Shown here in pieces: positions 9,171 through 19,482 of a stretch of 64,000 nt of DNA. The DNA is taken from assembly GCA_017442225.1 (NCBI GenBank), contig JAFSAR010000010.1, positions 30,306 through 94,305 of the forward strand. The letters run 5' to 3'. This stretch comes from Clostridia bacterium (GTDB taxonomy: Bacteria > Bacillota > Clostridia > Oscillospirales > Acutalibacteraceae). The notes under the pieces are model-generated. The model did not search any database, was not told the origin of the DNA, and saw nothing but the letters and a program-made list of their open reading frames with translations. The position numbers and the translations under genes are program-made. Numbering within the stretch: the stretch's first letter is position 1; each line of letters opens with the position of its first letter.

Positions 9171-10511
9171 ATGACTTTAAAAGAAACAAAACAGCTTGAA
9201 ACAAATCGTTATCAACTTGAAATTGCTATCGACGGCGAGCAGTTCCGCGAGGCAATCAAGCAGGCTTATCGTAAAGAAGGCAAAAAAATCAATGTTCCAG
9301 GTTTCAGAAAGGGTAAAGCGCCACTTCACATTATCGAAACCTACTACGGCAGCGAAGTGTTTTTTGAGGATGCTTTAAACCTTCTTTACGCTGATGCGGT
9401 TGAGGCTGCAATTAATGAATCAGGTCTTAAGGTTATTGATGATAAAATGGACTTTGACCTTGTTTCAATTTCCAAAGAAGACGGCGTAGATTTCAAGGTA
9501 AGCGTTACTACATACCCTGAAATTGAACTTACTGAGTACAAGGGTCTTAAGGCAGAGCGTCCACTCGTTAAGGTTGAGGCTGCTGAGGTTAATGCCGAGA
9601 TTAAATCAATGCAAGAGCGTAACGCCCGTATGGTATCTGTTGAAGATAGAGCCGCTAAAAAAGGCGATACGGTTGTTATCGACTTTGAAGGCTTCCAAGA
9701 CGGCGTTGCATTTGACGGCGGCAAGGCAGAGGGTCACTCACTTGAGCTCGGTTCAGGTCAGTTTATCCCTGGCTTTGAGGATCAGATTATCGGCAAAAAC
9801 ATTGGCGATGAGTTTGATGTTAATGTTACATTTCCCGAAGAGTACGGCGCAGAAAACCTTGCAGGCAAGCCCGCTGTATTTAAGGTAAAGCTTCACGAAA
9901 TCAAGCTTCGCGAGCTTCCCGTAGCAGATGATGAATTTGCTAAGGACGTAAGCGAGTTTGACACACTTAAAGAGCTTAAGGCAGACATTAAGAAAAAGGC
10001 GCTTGAACGCAAGAAAAAGGCTGCTGAAGAGGCTGTTGAAAATATTCTCGTTCAGCAGATAGTTGACGGTATTAAGGGCGAAATCCCCGAGGCTATGTTC
10101 ACAAACCGTCTTAATCAGTCTGTAGAAGAGTTTGGTTACCGTTTGCAGTCACAGGGTATGAGCCTTGATTTATATCTGCAGTACACAGGAAGCACCATCG
10201 AGCAGTTCCGCGACACCTTCCGTCCGCAAGCAGAGATGCAGGTTAAATACCGCTTAGCACTCGAAAAGATTGTCGAGCTTGAGGGCATCAAAGCAGACGA
10301 AGAAGCAATCAATGCAGAGTATGCTAAGATTGCAGAGGGTTACGGCGTTGACGTAGAACAGGTTAAGGCTGTTATCCCTGCAAGCGAGGTTGAAAAGGAC
10401 GTAGCAGTTGGCAAGGCAATTGACTTTATAAAGGCTAACGCTGTAATCACCGACGCTGTGGATGAAAAGAAAGAGGCAAAAAAAGCCGCTGCTAAGAAAA
10501 CAGAGGAATAA
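9171..10511 (+). CDS. tig: Trigger factor
   Basis: GFRKGKAP ribosome-binding signature and an FKBP-type PPIase region (GDTVVIDFEGF.DG..F.GG). ATG at 9171 follows a GGAGG RBS. tig-clpP-clpX synteny. Confidence 0.95.
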   Translation: MTLKETKQLETNRYQLEIAIDGEQFREAIKQAYRKEGKKINVPGFRKGKAPLHIIETYYGSEVFFEDALNLLYADAVEAAINESGLKVIDDKMDFDLVSISKEDGVDFKVSVTTYPEIELTEYKGLKAERPLVKVEAAEVNAEIKSMQERNARMVSVEDRAAKKGDTVVIDFEGFQDGVAFDGGKAEGHSLELGSGQFIPGFEDQIIGKNIGDEFDVNVTFPEEYGAENLAGKPAVFKVKLHEIKLRELPVADDEFAKDVSEFDTLKELKADIKKKALERKKKAAEEAVENILVQQIVDGIKGEIPEAMFTNRLNQSVEEFGYRLQSQGMSLDLYLQYTGSTIEQFRDTFRPQAEMQVKYRLALEKIVELEGIKADEEAINAEYAKIAEGYGVDVEQVKAVIPASEVEKDVAVGKAIDFIKANAVITDAVDEKKEAKKAAAKKTEE

Positions 10512-10567
10512 TTTGTTTATAATCTGAGTTTTTTGTTCATACTATAGAGCATTGGAGGTATTTTGCT

Positions 10568-11155
10568 ATGGATATGACTTTAATTCCTTACGTACTTGAA
10601 CAAACGAGTCGTGGCGAGCGTTCTTATGATATATTTTCACGCTTGCTCAACGATAGAATAATTATGCTTAACGGTCAGGTTGACGATGCATCAGCCAGTG
10701 TGATCATTGCGCAGCTTTTATATCTTGAAGGTCAGGACCCCGATAAAGACATCAGTTTTTATATCAATAGCCCCGGTGGCTCTGTATCGGCAGGTCTTGC
10801 TATTTACGACACAATGCAGTACATTAAGTGTGATGTCAGCACCATTTGTATGGGTATGGCAGCATCTATGGGCGCATTTTTGTTGTCCTCGGGTGCTAAG
10901 GGTAAGCGTTATGCGCTTCCTAACAGCGAGATTATGATTCATCAGCCTTTAGGCGGCGCGCAGGGTCAGGCAAGTGATATTATTATTCACGCTAACCACA
11001 TAAAGCGCACACGCAGTAACTTGAATAAAATCTTGTCAGAAAACACAGGCAAGCCGATTGAGATTATCGAGCAGGATACCGAGCGCGATAATTTTATGAC
11101 CGCGGCAGAGGCTGCCGAGTACGGTCTTATTGATAAGGTTATTACTAAGAGATAA
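10568..11155 (+). CDS. clpP: ATP-dependent Clp protease proteolytic subunit
   Basis: Typical ClpP sequence ([42 protein letters not shown]). Confidence 0.97.
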   Translation: MDMTLIPYVLEQTSRGERSYDIFSRLLNDRIIMLNGQVDDASASVIIAQLLYLEGQDPDKDISFYINSPGGSVSAGLAIYDTMQYIKCDVSTICMGMAASMGAFLLSSGAKGKRYALPNSEIMIHQPLGGAQGQASDIIIHANHIKRTRSNLNKILSENTGKPIEIIEQDTERDNFMTAAEAAEYGLIDKVITKR

Positions 11156-11167
11156 GAGGTACGCTGA

Positions 11168-12406
11168 ATGTCTAAAGACATTGATATGGAGATACGCTGT
11201 TCCTTTTGCGGTAAAACACAGGATGAGGTTATGCGTCTTGTCGAAGGACCGGGCGTATATATCTGCGACAGTTGTATAAACTTTTGCAGTTCGCTTCTCT
11301 TTGATGATGAAAACGCATACAAAGAAAAAAAGAAGGATAAAAAACAACTTGAAAAGGTTTTACCAAAGCCCCAAGAAATCAAAGCATTGCTTGATGAATA
11401 TGTAATTGGGCAGGACGAGGCAAAGAAGACCCTTTCGGTTGCGGTTTATAATCACTATAAACGTGTTTACAAAAATCAGAATTTGGACGTAGAACTTGCA
11501 AAAAGCAATGTGCTTATGTTGGGACCTACGGGTGTGGGTAAAACCTTGCTTGCGCAGACGCTTGCAAAAATACTTGACGTGCCGATTGCCATAACCGACG
11601 CTACCACGCTTACCGAAGCGGGTTACGTGGGCGAGGACGTAGAGAATATTCTTTTGCGTCTTATTCAAGCAGCTGATTACGATATCGAAAAGGCAGAACA
11701 CGGCATAATTTATGTTGACGAAATTGATAAGATTTCACGCAAAAGCGAGAACGCGTCAATTACACGCGACGTAAGCGGTGAAGGTGTACAGCAAGCGCTT
11801 TTAAAAATTCTTGAGGGTACTGTTTCTAACGTGCCACCTCAGGGCGGCAGAAAGCATCCTCAGCAAGAATTTATACAGATTGACACCACAAATATACTGT
11901 TTATATGCGCGGGCGCATTTGACGGTATTGATAAGGTAATTGAGCGACGTATGGGCGGCAGCAGTTTAGGCTTTGGCGCCGACGTAAAATCACCCAAAAG
12001 CCTTGAAGCGCAACAGCTTTCAAAATTTGCTACCCATCAGGATTTGGTAAAGTTTGGTCTTATACCCGAGTTGGTTGGTCGATTGCCCATAATAACAAGT
12101 CTTGACGCTATGGATAAGGACACGCTTATCCGTATTATGACTGAGCCCAAAAACTCAATAGTTAAGCAGTATCAAGCATTATTTGCACTTGATAATATTA
12201 AGCTTGATTTTGAAAAAGAAGCGCTCGAAAAGATTGCCGAGCGTACTATCAGAAACAAAACAGGTGCGCGCGGTCTGCGTTCTGTAATAGAAAGCACTCT
12301 GCAGGACCTTATGTTTGAAATGCCGTCTAAAGACGATGTTGCCGAGATTATTATAACGGCAGATACCGTTGATGGCGGAAAACCAAAACTGATTAACAAA
12401 CAATAA
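11168..12406 (+). CDS. clpX: ATP-dependent Clp protease ATP-binding subunit ClpX
   Basis: N-terminal zinc finger (CSFCGK..CDSC), Walker [25 protein letters not shown] and the GARGLRS sensor motif. Confidence 0.97.
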   Translation: MSKDIDMEIRCSFCGKTQDEVMRLVEGPGVYICDSCINFCSSLLFDDENAYKEKKKDKKQLEKVLPKPQEIKALLDEYVIGQDEAKKTLSVAVYNHYKRVYKNQNLDVELAKSNVLMLGPTGVGKTLLAQTLAKILDVPIAITDATTLTEAGYVGEDVENILLRLIQAADYDIEKAEHGIIYVDEIDKISRKSENASITRDVSGEGVQQALLKILEGTVSNVPPQGGRKHPQQEFIQIDTTNILFICAGAFDGIDKVIERRMGGSSLGFGADVKSPKSLEAQQLSKFATHQDLVKFGLIPELVGRLPIITSLDAMDKDTLIRIMTEPKNSIVKQYQALFALDNIKLDFEKEALEKIAERTIRNKTGARGLRSVIESTLQDLMFEMPSKDDVAEIIITADTVDGGKPKLINKQ

Positions 12407-12412
12407 AGATAG

Positions 12413-12442
12413 AGAGCGATTGAGAAATAATTCAATCGCTCT
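12413..12442 (+). terminator. Rho-independent terminator of clpX
   Basis: AGAGCGATTGA..TCAATCGCTCT hairpin followed by TTAGTTTTT. Confidence 0.7.
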
Positions 12443-12506
12443 TTAGTTTTTAAATATTCGATTATTCATTGCGAAAATCTGCTTGAATGATAAATAGTGA
12501 AATTAA

Positions 12507-12533
12507 CCGCCGCAAGAACAAACTTGCGGCGGG
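12507..12533 (-). terminator. Rho-independent terminator of the PqqD-like/ABC operon
   Basis: CCCGCCGCAAG-tttgtt-CTTGCGGCGG on the minus strand, directly after the ABC gene stop. Confidence 0.7.
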
Positions 12534-12545
12534 ATAATTATATAA

Positions 12546-14183
12546 TTATTTTGTTTCAAATGTACCACCAGACAAATGTAATACTTTATCACACACATCA
12601 AGCGAGGTATTGCGGTGGGTGATAAACAGAATTGTTTTGTCTGTGAGGGTTTTAAGATTACTGAGCAATTGTGTTTCGGTCTGTTCATCTAATGCTGACG
12701 TTGCTTCGTCAAGCAAGATAATCGGCGCGTCAAACAGCAGTGCGCGCGCTATGGCAATTCGCTGTATCTGTCCTTCTGACAGACCTTGTCCGCGCTCGGA
12801 AATCATGGTATCAAATCCGTCTGGTAGAGTTTTGATAAAATCATAAACAGATGCCGCCTTAGCGGCTTTTATGATATCGTCCTCGTTTACCGTGTCATCA
12901 CACAGAGTAATATTGTCGCGTATGGTGCCCGATATTAACATATTGCCTTGCGGTACGTAAGAAAACATATGCCTTGTGGTTTCGTTAATCGGTGTTGCGC
13001 CGTCAAAACTTAAACCACCTGCGGTAGCAGGGAAAAGGCCGAGCAATAATTTGAACAACGTACTTTTACCGCTGCCAGAACGACCTGTAATTGCCGTTAT
13101 GGTATCGCGCTTTATGGAAAAATTATTATCTCTCAAAACAATCTCATTTGTGTAAGCAAAGGTGAGATTATTGGCGGTAATAGTATTAAAATCAAATATC
13201 TTTTGCTCATTATTTTGCGGCTCATCCTCTAACTGTTCAAGCTCGATAAGACGTTCAGCCGAAGCAAGGGTCGAATAATATTTAGGAATAACACCCGAAA
13301 TGTTCTGCAATGGCGCGCGTAATACCGAGATAAGCTGCAAAAAGTAAACGAGTGTGCCAATGGTCATAGCGCCTGCCGCGATCTGCGCGGCGCCCCAAAC
13401 CAATATGCCGTAATATCCAAAACTGAAAAACAAGTAAAGTGACGCTGAAATTATTACCGAAAAAACACTTTTCTTAATACGTAGTTTGCGATTGGCATCT
13501 AAAAAATCTTTAAGCTTTAACAAAAAGGGCTTTTCGCCGCCAAAGGTTTTGACAACTACGATATTTGCAAAGCTTTCTTGCATAAAAGAGCGCGTAGCGC
13601 CTTCGGTTTGCTGAACCTGTTTGTGCAAATTTTTGTATTTTTTACTAAGCATTCTTCCGCAAAGCGGGAAGAGAAAACCAATTGCCAGCACGGCAAATGC
13701 AAAGTAATAATTCTGGATACAAAGCGCCGCAAAGCCCGCGATAATTTTGGTCAGCATTGAAACGACAGACGGGATAAGGCGGACACTGCCGTTTACTACC
13801 ACGTCAACGTCTGACGAAAATCGGTTAAGCAAATCACCCGAGTGATATTCGGCAATGCGCACGTATTTCTTTTTCATAATACGTGTAAACATATAGTTTT
13901 TAAGGCTTATGTCCATTTTTGTCGCCACATGGGTAGACATTACCGAGACGGCAGCTTCGATAACAGTATGTAATATTATCAATCCAAAAAGCAAAATACT
14001 GCCAATCATAAAGGTATGAGTGTAGTTTTCGTCCGCGGTGTCAATAATATTTTGGGATATCTTTGCCAGAAATATATAAGCAAGGGATGTCACAATATTT
14101 AAGACAGATATAAATATTATTTGTGGTATAAATGGTTTTACGTGCTTATATATCCATTTATTTGTTGTTTTACCTTGTTTCAT
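12546..14183 (-). CDS. ABC exporter, fused permease and ATP-binding protein (ABCB-type half transporter)
   Basis: N-terminal multi-TM domain. Walker A GRSGSGKST, signature LSEGQIQRIAIARA, Walker B ILLDEATSALD. Confidence 0.9.
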   Translation of the reverse strand: MKQGKTTNKWIYKHVKPFIPQIIFISVLNIVTSLAYIFLAKISQNIIDTADENYTHTFMIGSILLFGLIILHTVIEAAVSVMSTHVATKMDISLKNYMFTRIMKKKYVRIAEYHSGDLLNRFSSDVDVVVNGSVRLIPSVVSMLTKIIAGFAALCIQNYYFAFAVLAIGFLFPLCGRMLSKKYKNLHKQVQQTEGATRSFMQESFANIVVVKTFGGEKPFLLKLKDFLDANRKLRIKKSVFSVIISASLYLFFSFGYYGILVWGAAQIAAGAMTIGTLVYFLQLISVLRAPLQNISGVIPKYYSTLASAERLIELEQLEDEPQNNEQKIFDFNTITANNLTFAYTNEIVLRDNNFSIKRDTITAITGRSGSGKSTLFKLLLGLFPATAGGLSFDGATPINETTRHMFSYVPQGNMLISGTIRDNITLCDDTVNEDDIIKAAKAASVYDFIKTLPDGFDTMISERGQGLSEGQIQRIAIARALLFDAPIILLDEATSALDEQTETQLLSNLKTLTDKTILFITHRNTSLDVCDKVLHLSGGTFETK

Positions 14184-14449
14184 TCTTCTAAAATTCCGTT
14201 TTCTTTTAAAGTTTTTATAAATACGTCGATATTGTTAAGCGCAAGCACGGTAGATATGTCAAAATTATCAAGCAGAGCGTTAAGCATTTTTTCTTTGGAG
14301 GTGTTTTCATTCTGAATCATATTCCAAAGAAATGCAGATGTTTCGGTGAGAACAATTGCGCTGTTAAAATCACGGTTAATGTTTTTATCACAAGCAACAA
14401 CAGTCTGACCGTTTTCTTTTTTTAAATTAAATCCTTGTTTGATTTTCAT
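14180..14449 (-). CDS. PqqD-family (RiPP recognition element-like) small protein
   Basis: 89 aa. The pattern LTETSAFLWNMI....S.EKMLNALLDNFDIS...ALNNIDVFIKTLKENGILEE matches the PqqD/RRE layout as I remember it. AAGGTGA RBS. ATGA overlap with the ABC exporter. Confidence 0.6.
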   Translation of the reverse strand: MKIKQGFNLKKENGQTVVACDKNINRDFNSAIVLTETSAFLWNMIQNENTSKEKMLNALLDNFDISTVLALNNIDVFIKTLKENGILEE

Positions 14450-14525
14450 TATTTCACCTTAATTCATATATTGTTTAAAAACCTACACTTGCATTTTTGT
14501 TAATTATATACTAAAATAATTTATA

Positions 14526-15053
14526 ATGCAAGTATGGTCTTTGGAGGGCTTATTTATGGACGTATTTTTTGAACAGTTAGTTACTATTAAAAAAACCGCT
14601 AAAACCTATTTAGCGTACGTTTTGATTGCTCTTGCCGCAATTATAATTATGGCAGCGGCTCTTTGGCTTTTTGGCAATCTTGCCGTCATTGTAGTGTTTT
14701 TGGTTCTTTATGGCGCTTATAAACTATATTCAATGTTGAGCCTTGAATATGAATATATTATCACCAATTCTACAATGGATATTGATAAAATTGTTGCAAA
14801 AAGTTCACGTAAGCGTATTTTAAGCTTTGAACTGACCGCGGTTGAACGAATTGAAAAATACCGCAAAGAGTTGCCCGAGGACATTATAAAAAATGCGTTA
14901 TTTGCTTGCAACGGTAATGAAGATAATGCGATTGTTTTGGTTATTCATCCCGAGGGCAAGGGAAAGCAAAGCGTGGTTGTCGCGCCCGATGAAAGAATGC
15001 TTGATACAATGAAAAAGTTTTTGCCCAAGTATGTTGCTGAAAATTTAAAATAA
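14526..15053 (+). CDS. Hypothetical membrane protein (two predicted TM helices)
   Basis: Hydrophobic stretch YLAYVLIALAAIIIMAAALWLFGNLAVIVVFLVLYGA. The likely start is ATG at 14556 (MDVFFEQ). A TTGCAT-17-TAAAAT promoter lies upstream. Confidence 0.5.
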   Translation: MQVWSLEGLFMDVFFEQLVTIKKTAKTYLAYVLIALAAIIIMAAALWLFGNLAVIVVFLVLYGAYKLYSMLSLEYEYIITNSTMDIDKIVAKSSRKRILSFELTAVERIEKYRKELPEDIIKNALFACNGNEDNAIVLVIHPEGKGKQSVVVAPDERMLDTMKKFLPKYVAENLK

Positions 15054-15062
15054 GGTGATTTT

Positions 15063-16523
15063 ATGAAGGTTTTAAATGCATCTCAAATTAAAACCGCCGA
15101 GGATAATGCCGTCTTGCGCGGCATTTTTTCTTATGCGAAATTGATGAAAATTGCGGGAGATACCGCCGCACGAGAAATTTTAAACCGATATAACGTTATT
15201 GGGAAAAAGATCTGTGTTATGTGCGGTATGGGTAATAACGGCGGCGACGGTCTTGTTATTGCCGCAAATTTGAAAAACTGCGGCGCAGACGTTGCGTTGC
15301 TTTTGCCGATGGGATTTCCTGTGACTGATACCGCTGTGGAATTTAAAAGCGGGGTAGAGGGCGTAAAGATTATAGAAGATTTTTACGGTGAATACGATAT
15401 CGTTATCGACGCGCTTTTCGGTATTGGACTCAACCGCCTTTTATCCGAAAAAATTTCCAACCTTTTTGATAAAATCAACGCATACGATTGCGTTAAAATT
15501 GCAATCGACGTTCCAAGCGGTGTGTTTTGCGACGGCGGAGTGGTTTCTAACGCTTTTCGCGCTGATTTAACACTCACATTTACGGCATACAAGCCTTGTC
15601 AGCTTTTACCCGAAACAAGCGATTATTGCGGTGAAACGGTGGTGCTTGACATTGGTTTGCCGATAGACGATTACGCCTATCTTACAATAGATAAACCCGA
15701 AATGGTAAAAAGACCTAAAAATTCTCATAAAGGCACCTTCGGTACGGCATTGCTTTTTTGCGGAAGCTACGGTATGGCAGGCGCAGAGATTCTGGCTGCG
15801 CGCGCGGCTCTTCGCAGTGGTGTCGGAATAGTTAAAGCAATTGTGTGTGATAAAAATTACACGGCGTTTACAAGCAGCGTGCCTGAAGCCGTAACTATAC
15901 CCGTAGGTACAACGCAAGGTGGTGCGCCTGAGGTTTACGACCGCAAAATTTTATCTGCTCTCTCAAACAGTAGCGCGTTGCTTATTGGCTGCGGTCTCGG
16001 TCGCAGTGACGAGGCTCGGAAATTGGTTATCAGAACACTTGAAAAAACACAAATACCCACAGTTATTGACGCTGACGGCATAAATGCATTGCAGGGTGGC
16101 ATAAATATAATCAGAAAGATAGATGCCCCCATAATACTCACACCGCATCCGACTGAGATGGCTCGGCTGTGCGATACCACAACCGACGTTATAGAGGTAA
16201 ACCGCGTAAAGTTTGCCAAAAAGTTTGCCGTGGAAAACAATTGCATTTTAGTACTTAAGGGCACAAAAACAATTGTTGCAACACCAAACGGAAGAATCTT
16301 CTTTAACACAACGGGAAACGACGGTCTTGCTACAGGCGGAAGCGGTGACGTACTGTCGGGTATGATCGTATCGCGACTCGCGCAGGGCTATGACCCGCTG
16401 ACTGCTTCGCTTAACTCTGTGTGGCTGCACGGCGCAGTTGCCGATAAACTTGCCGAAAGTATACCAACGCGCGCGATACTGCCAAGCGATATTATTGAGG
16501 GGCTTAAAACAATTTCAGATTAG
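15063..16523 (+). CDS. nnr: Bifunctional NAD(P)H-hydrate repair enzyme (epimerase plus ADP-dependent dehydratase)
   Basis: YjeF N-terminal motif GMGNNGGDGLV and C-terminal carbohydrate-kinase motifs HKGTFG and GGSGDVLSG. Confidence 0.92.
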   Translation: MKVLNASQIKTAEDNAVLRGIFSYAKLMKIAGDTAAREILNRYNVIGKKICVMCGMGNNGGDGLVIAANLKNCGADVALLLPMGFPVTDTAVEFKSGVEGVKIIEDFYGEYDIVIDALFGIGLNRLLSEKISNLFDKINAYDCVKIAIDVPSGVFCDGGVVSNAFRADLTLTFTAYKPCQLLPETSDYCGETVVLDIGLPIDDYAYLTIDKPEMVKRPKNSHKGTFGTALLFCGSYGMAGAEILAARAALRSGVGIVKAIVCDKNYTAFTSSVPEAVTIPVGTTQGGAPEVYDRKILSALSNSSALLIGCGLGRSDEARKLVIRTLEKTQIPTVIDADGINALQGGINIIRKIDAPIILTPHPTEMARLCDTTTDVIEVNRVKFAKKFAVENNCILVLKGTKTIVATPNGRIFFNTTGNDGLATGGSGDVLSGMIVSRLAQGYDPLTASLNSVWLHGAVADKLAESIPTRAILPSDIIEGLKTISD

Positions 16524-16531
16524 GTGATTTT

Positions 16532-17023
16532 GTGTTTAAGAAATTATTGGCTTTTCCTCTTGTATTTGTGTTGCTATGCGGTTGCTCCGAGCAAAAGGCG
16601 GTAATGCCCGCGCTTGATAACATCTCATTTATCGCCGAAATTGATTACGGCGATACTGAATTTGCGGCAAATGCGTCGATTGCTGAAGACACGTTAAATT
16701 TGGTTATAACTAAGCCTCAGGAAATCAAGGACTTAACCCTAAATATCACAAAAAACGGCGCAACGGCTGAATTTAAGGGCGTGACGTACACGCCGAATAT
16801 AAACTCGATACCCGGTGGCGCTATAGCGCAGGTTTTGTACGATATACTAAGCGATATTGCGGATAATAAAACGGCAAATTGCGATGAAGAAAACTGTGAA
16901 ATTGAAGGCAGTATAAACGGATACCAATATGAATTTACTTTCTCACCGTCAGGACTGCCGATTTCATTACAAATAGATGACCTTGATTTAGAAATTGAGT
17001 TTAAAAACGTAACCGTTAATTAA
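16532..17023 (+). CDS. Putative lipoprotein, function unknown
   Basis: Signal peptide with lipobox (FPLVFVLLCGCS). GTG start with AGGTGA RBS. Confidence 0.6.
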   Translation: MFKKLLAFPLVFVLLCGCSEQKAVMPALDNISFIAEIDYGDTEFAANASIAEDTLNLVITKPQEIKDLTLNITKNGATAEFKGVTYTPNINSIPGGAIAQVLYDILSDIADNKTANCDEENCEIEGSINGYQYEFTFSPSGLPISLQIDDLDLEIEFKNVTVN

Positions 17024-17030
17024 AAATATA

Positions 17031-17117
17031 GTCATTGCGATCCGATTTTTTCGGCGTGGTAATCCGTCTCTTTTTTGAAAATTACGGATTGCCGCGGGCT
17101 GACGCCCTCGCAATGAC
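17031..17117. other. 87-nt multi-helix inverted-repeat element between convergent genes (elaborate bidirectional terminator or small structured RNA)
   Basis: A 10-bp closing stem GTCATTGCGA/TCGCAATGAC encloses three inner hairpins: CCGA/TCGG, GGTAATCCGT/ACGGATTGCC and GGGC/GCCC. Confidence 0.35.
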
Positions 17118-17124
17118 ATTTGTT

Positions 17125-17706
17125 TTATATATTGACAATTTTTGCGTTTAATAATTCAGCATCTTCTTTTACGTGGGTTATTAATAACACAGGTTTATTC
17201 TGCTCAAGAAAATCACGTTTGATAATATTTGCCGCGATTTTTTTGTTATCATGGTCAAGTCCGTTAAAAGGTTCGTCCAAAACAAGCGCATCGCCACCGT
17301 AGGCAATAGCGCGCACAAGTGCTACGCGTCGTTTCATACCGCCGCTAAGTTGCGATACACGCTTTTTTCTTACGGAATACAAATCGAATTCTTTAAGTAA
17401 GCCGTTAGCATATTCATATTTATCCTTTGGTATTGCAAGCCGAACGTTTTTTAAAACATCAAGATTATCAAGCAATCTGTCCTCTTGAAATACGACAGAT
17501 ATTTTTTTCGGCGCAATAACATTGCCGCTATTGGCAGTTTCAAGTCCTGAAATCAGTCTTGATACGGTAGTTTTACCAGAGCCTGATACACCGTAAAGCT
17601 GTATACATTCACCATCGTTTACCGTCAGATTAAAATCCTTTAAAACCTGAAGTTCGCCGTAAGAAAAGGAAACTTTTTCAAGTTTAATCATTTTTACTGC
17701 CTCCAT
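17125..17706 (-). CDS. ABC transporter ATP-binding protein (NitT/TauT-type importer)
   Basis: Walker A GVSGSGKTT, signature LSGGMKRRVALVRA, Walker B LVLDEPFNGLD. Confidence 0.9.
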   Translation of the reverse strand: MEAVKMIKLEKVSFSYGELQVLKDFNLTVNDGECIQLYGVSGSGKTTVSRLISGLETANSGNVIAPKKISVVFQEDRLLDNLDVLKNVRLAIPKDKYEYANGLLKEFDLYSVRKKRVSQLSGGMKRRVALVRAIAYGGDALVLDEPFNGLDHDNKKIAANIIKRDFLEQNKPVLLITHVKEDAELLNAKIVNI

Positions 17707-18490
17707 TTCTTAAAAGATATTTATTTGTAAGAAATTTAAGCAGGAATTCAATTATTATGCTCAAAACAACTACTGTCAGTGTTACGGCGTAAACCTCGTC
17801 AAAGTTTACACTGCCTTTACCTTGCCAAAGCATTGTACCAAGCGAGGATTTCGGTAGACAGATAACCTCTGCCGCGACACCTGATTTCCACGCAAGACCC
17901 AAAGCATTTACACATGCAGTAATCAAACTTGGTACAATCAAGGGTAGTTTAATTGTAAAAATTGTTTTATTATAGGAAATTTGAAAAACTTGCGCCATTT
18001 CTAAAAGTTGTTTGTCGGTGTTTTCAAGTCCATCGTGTACGGTTTGCCAAATCAGTGGCATTACCATAAGACAGACTATAAATATCGGCAGGGTAGCGCT
18101 GCTAAAGAATAGATACATCAATATTATAATAGCTACAACAGGTACCGCGCGGATAATTTTTAAGATAGGCGAGAGCAGTGAATACAATGTTTTTGAAACG
18201 TGGGTGAGTATTCCGAGAATAAAACCGCTGACCGTACCGCATAAAAAACCAATAAAAATTCGAGCTAAGGTCAAAAGCTCTGCCTTGATAAACGCAGAGG
18301 TAAAAGCTATTTCGCACCATTTTTTAAAAACAGTAACAGGGCTTGGCAGTATAAGCAACAGCAGTTCGTTATTGCGACTGACAACACGGGAAGCGGCCTC
18401 CCAAATAAGTATCCAGAAGGTCGCTATTAGTATCGCTTTTAATATCTTTTTGAAAGTGTTTGTTTTAGTCTGCTTTGTAGTAGAGATCAT
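17684..18490 (-). CDS. ABC transporter permease (NitT/TauT-type)
   Basis: Multi-TM protein with a binding-protein-dependent transport signature region. I prefer the ATG at 18490 (MISTTKQ). Overlaps the ATPase gene start. Confidence 0.85.
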   Translation of the reverse strand: MISTTKQTKTNTFKKILKAILIATFWILIWEAASRVVSRNNELLLLILPSPVTVFKKWCEIAFTSAFIKAELLTLARIFIGFLCGTVSGFILGILTHVSKTLYSLLSPILKIIRAVPVVAIIILMYLFFSSATLPIFIVCLMVMPLIWQTVHDGLENTDKQLLEMAQVFQISYNKTIFTIKLPLIVPSLITACVNALGLAWKSGVAAEVICLPKSSLGTMLWQGKGSVNFDEVYAVTLTVVVLSIIIEFLLKFLTNKYLLRNGGSKND

Positions 18491-19472
18491 CGGCGGGTAA
18501 TTTACCTCCAATAGATGTTGGATCTGCATCAAAAAGTACATTAAAGTAACCGTCTACATTTGTTTTCATATCACTGCCTGTAACGTAGCAAAGATTGCAG
18601 ATGGGGATGGATTTTTTAGCGATGGCAGCTTTAGGCGCAATGCCGTAGGTCTCACAGTATGCCGCAACCTCGTCGATATTTTCGGTAGCGAATTTAATTG
18701 ATGCTTCATATTCCTCAAGGAACTTTTCAACTGCCTTGGGATTAGCCTTAACAAAGCTATCAAGCGCGATAACACAACCCATCATAAGTGTGGTGTCTGA
18801 TACCTTTGACCATTCGTCGTTGATGCTCAGTACTCGGTTAAGCTCTTGATTCTGAACCATTACTGCAGTTGCCAATGGTTCGGGTGCCATTGCGATTTGG
18901 GCCTCGCCGCTTATAAGCTTTGCCTTTAAATCGTCGCTGGATACAAAGTTAATAGTAATGTCGGTTGCAGGATTAATATCATTTTTATTGAGAATATAAT
19001 TTAGGATATATTCAGGGTTTTGACCTTTACCAGTCGAGTAGATAGTCTTGCCCTTTAGGTCGGCAATAGATTTAATAGTATCGCCCTTTTCAAGAATAGA
19101 GAGAACACCGTTTGTGTTAACGGCAAGCATACGAACCTTGCCTTCTGACTTGTTGTAAAGAGTAGCCGCAACGTTTGTGGGAACAGAGGCAATATTAATT
19201 TCACCCTTTAGGAATTTACCCGTTATATCGGTAGCGGCGGATGCTACAGTAAATGTGTAATTGTTTGCGGTAAGCTTAGCATCGCTGTCAGCGTTAAGCT
19301 TTGCCATACCAATACCCGTAGGACCTGTCATATATGCCACCGACATATCAACAGGTGCGTATGCTTCTTCACTTGAAACATCGGGAGCAGAAGAGATTGT
19401 ATCGGTATTGCCGCAAGCAGCAAGCGAGAGCAGGAGAGCGAATGAGATTAAGAGGGCTAGTAGTTTTTTCAT
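18465..19472 (-). CDS. ABC transporter substrate-binding lipoprotein (NMT1/THI5-like, NitT/TauT family)
   Basis: Lipoprotein signal MKKLLALLISFALLLSLAACGN from the ATG at 19472, preceded by an AAGGTGA RBS. Periplasmic-binding-like body. Confidence 0.85.
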   Translation of the reverse strand: MKKLLALLISFALLLSLAACGNTDTISSAPDVSSEEAYAPVDMSVAYMTGPTGIGMAKLNADSDAKLTANNYTFTVASAATDITGKFLKGEINIASVPTNVAATLYNKSEGKVRMLAVNTNGVLSILEKGDTIKSIADLKGKTIYSTGKGQNPEYILNYILNKNDINPATDITINFVSSDDLKAKLISGEAQIAMAPEPLATAVMVQNQELNRVLSINDEWSKVSDTTLMMGCVIALDSFVKANPKAVEKFLEEYEASIKFATENIDEVAAYCETYGIAPKAAIAKKSIPICNLCYVTGSDMKTNVDGYFNVLFDADPTSIGGKLPADDLYYKAD

Positions 19473-19482
19473 TTGTATCACC

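Noticed and set aside
12466-12474. A 9-mer, TCATTGCGA, shared with the closing stem of the 17031-17117 element
   Set aside because: A single 9-nt match in about 128 kb of two-strand sequence is expected by chance.
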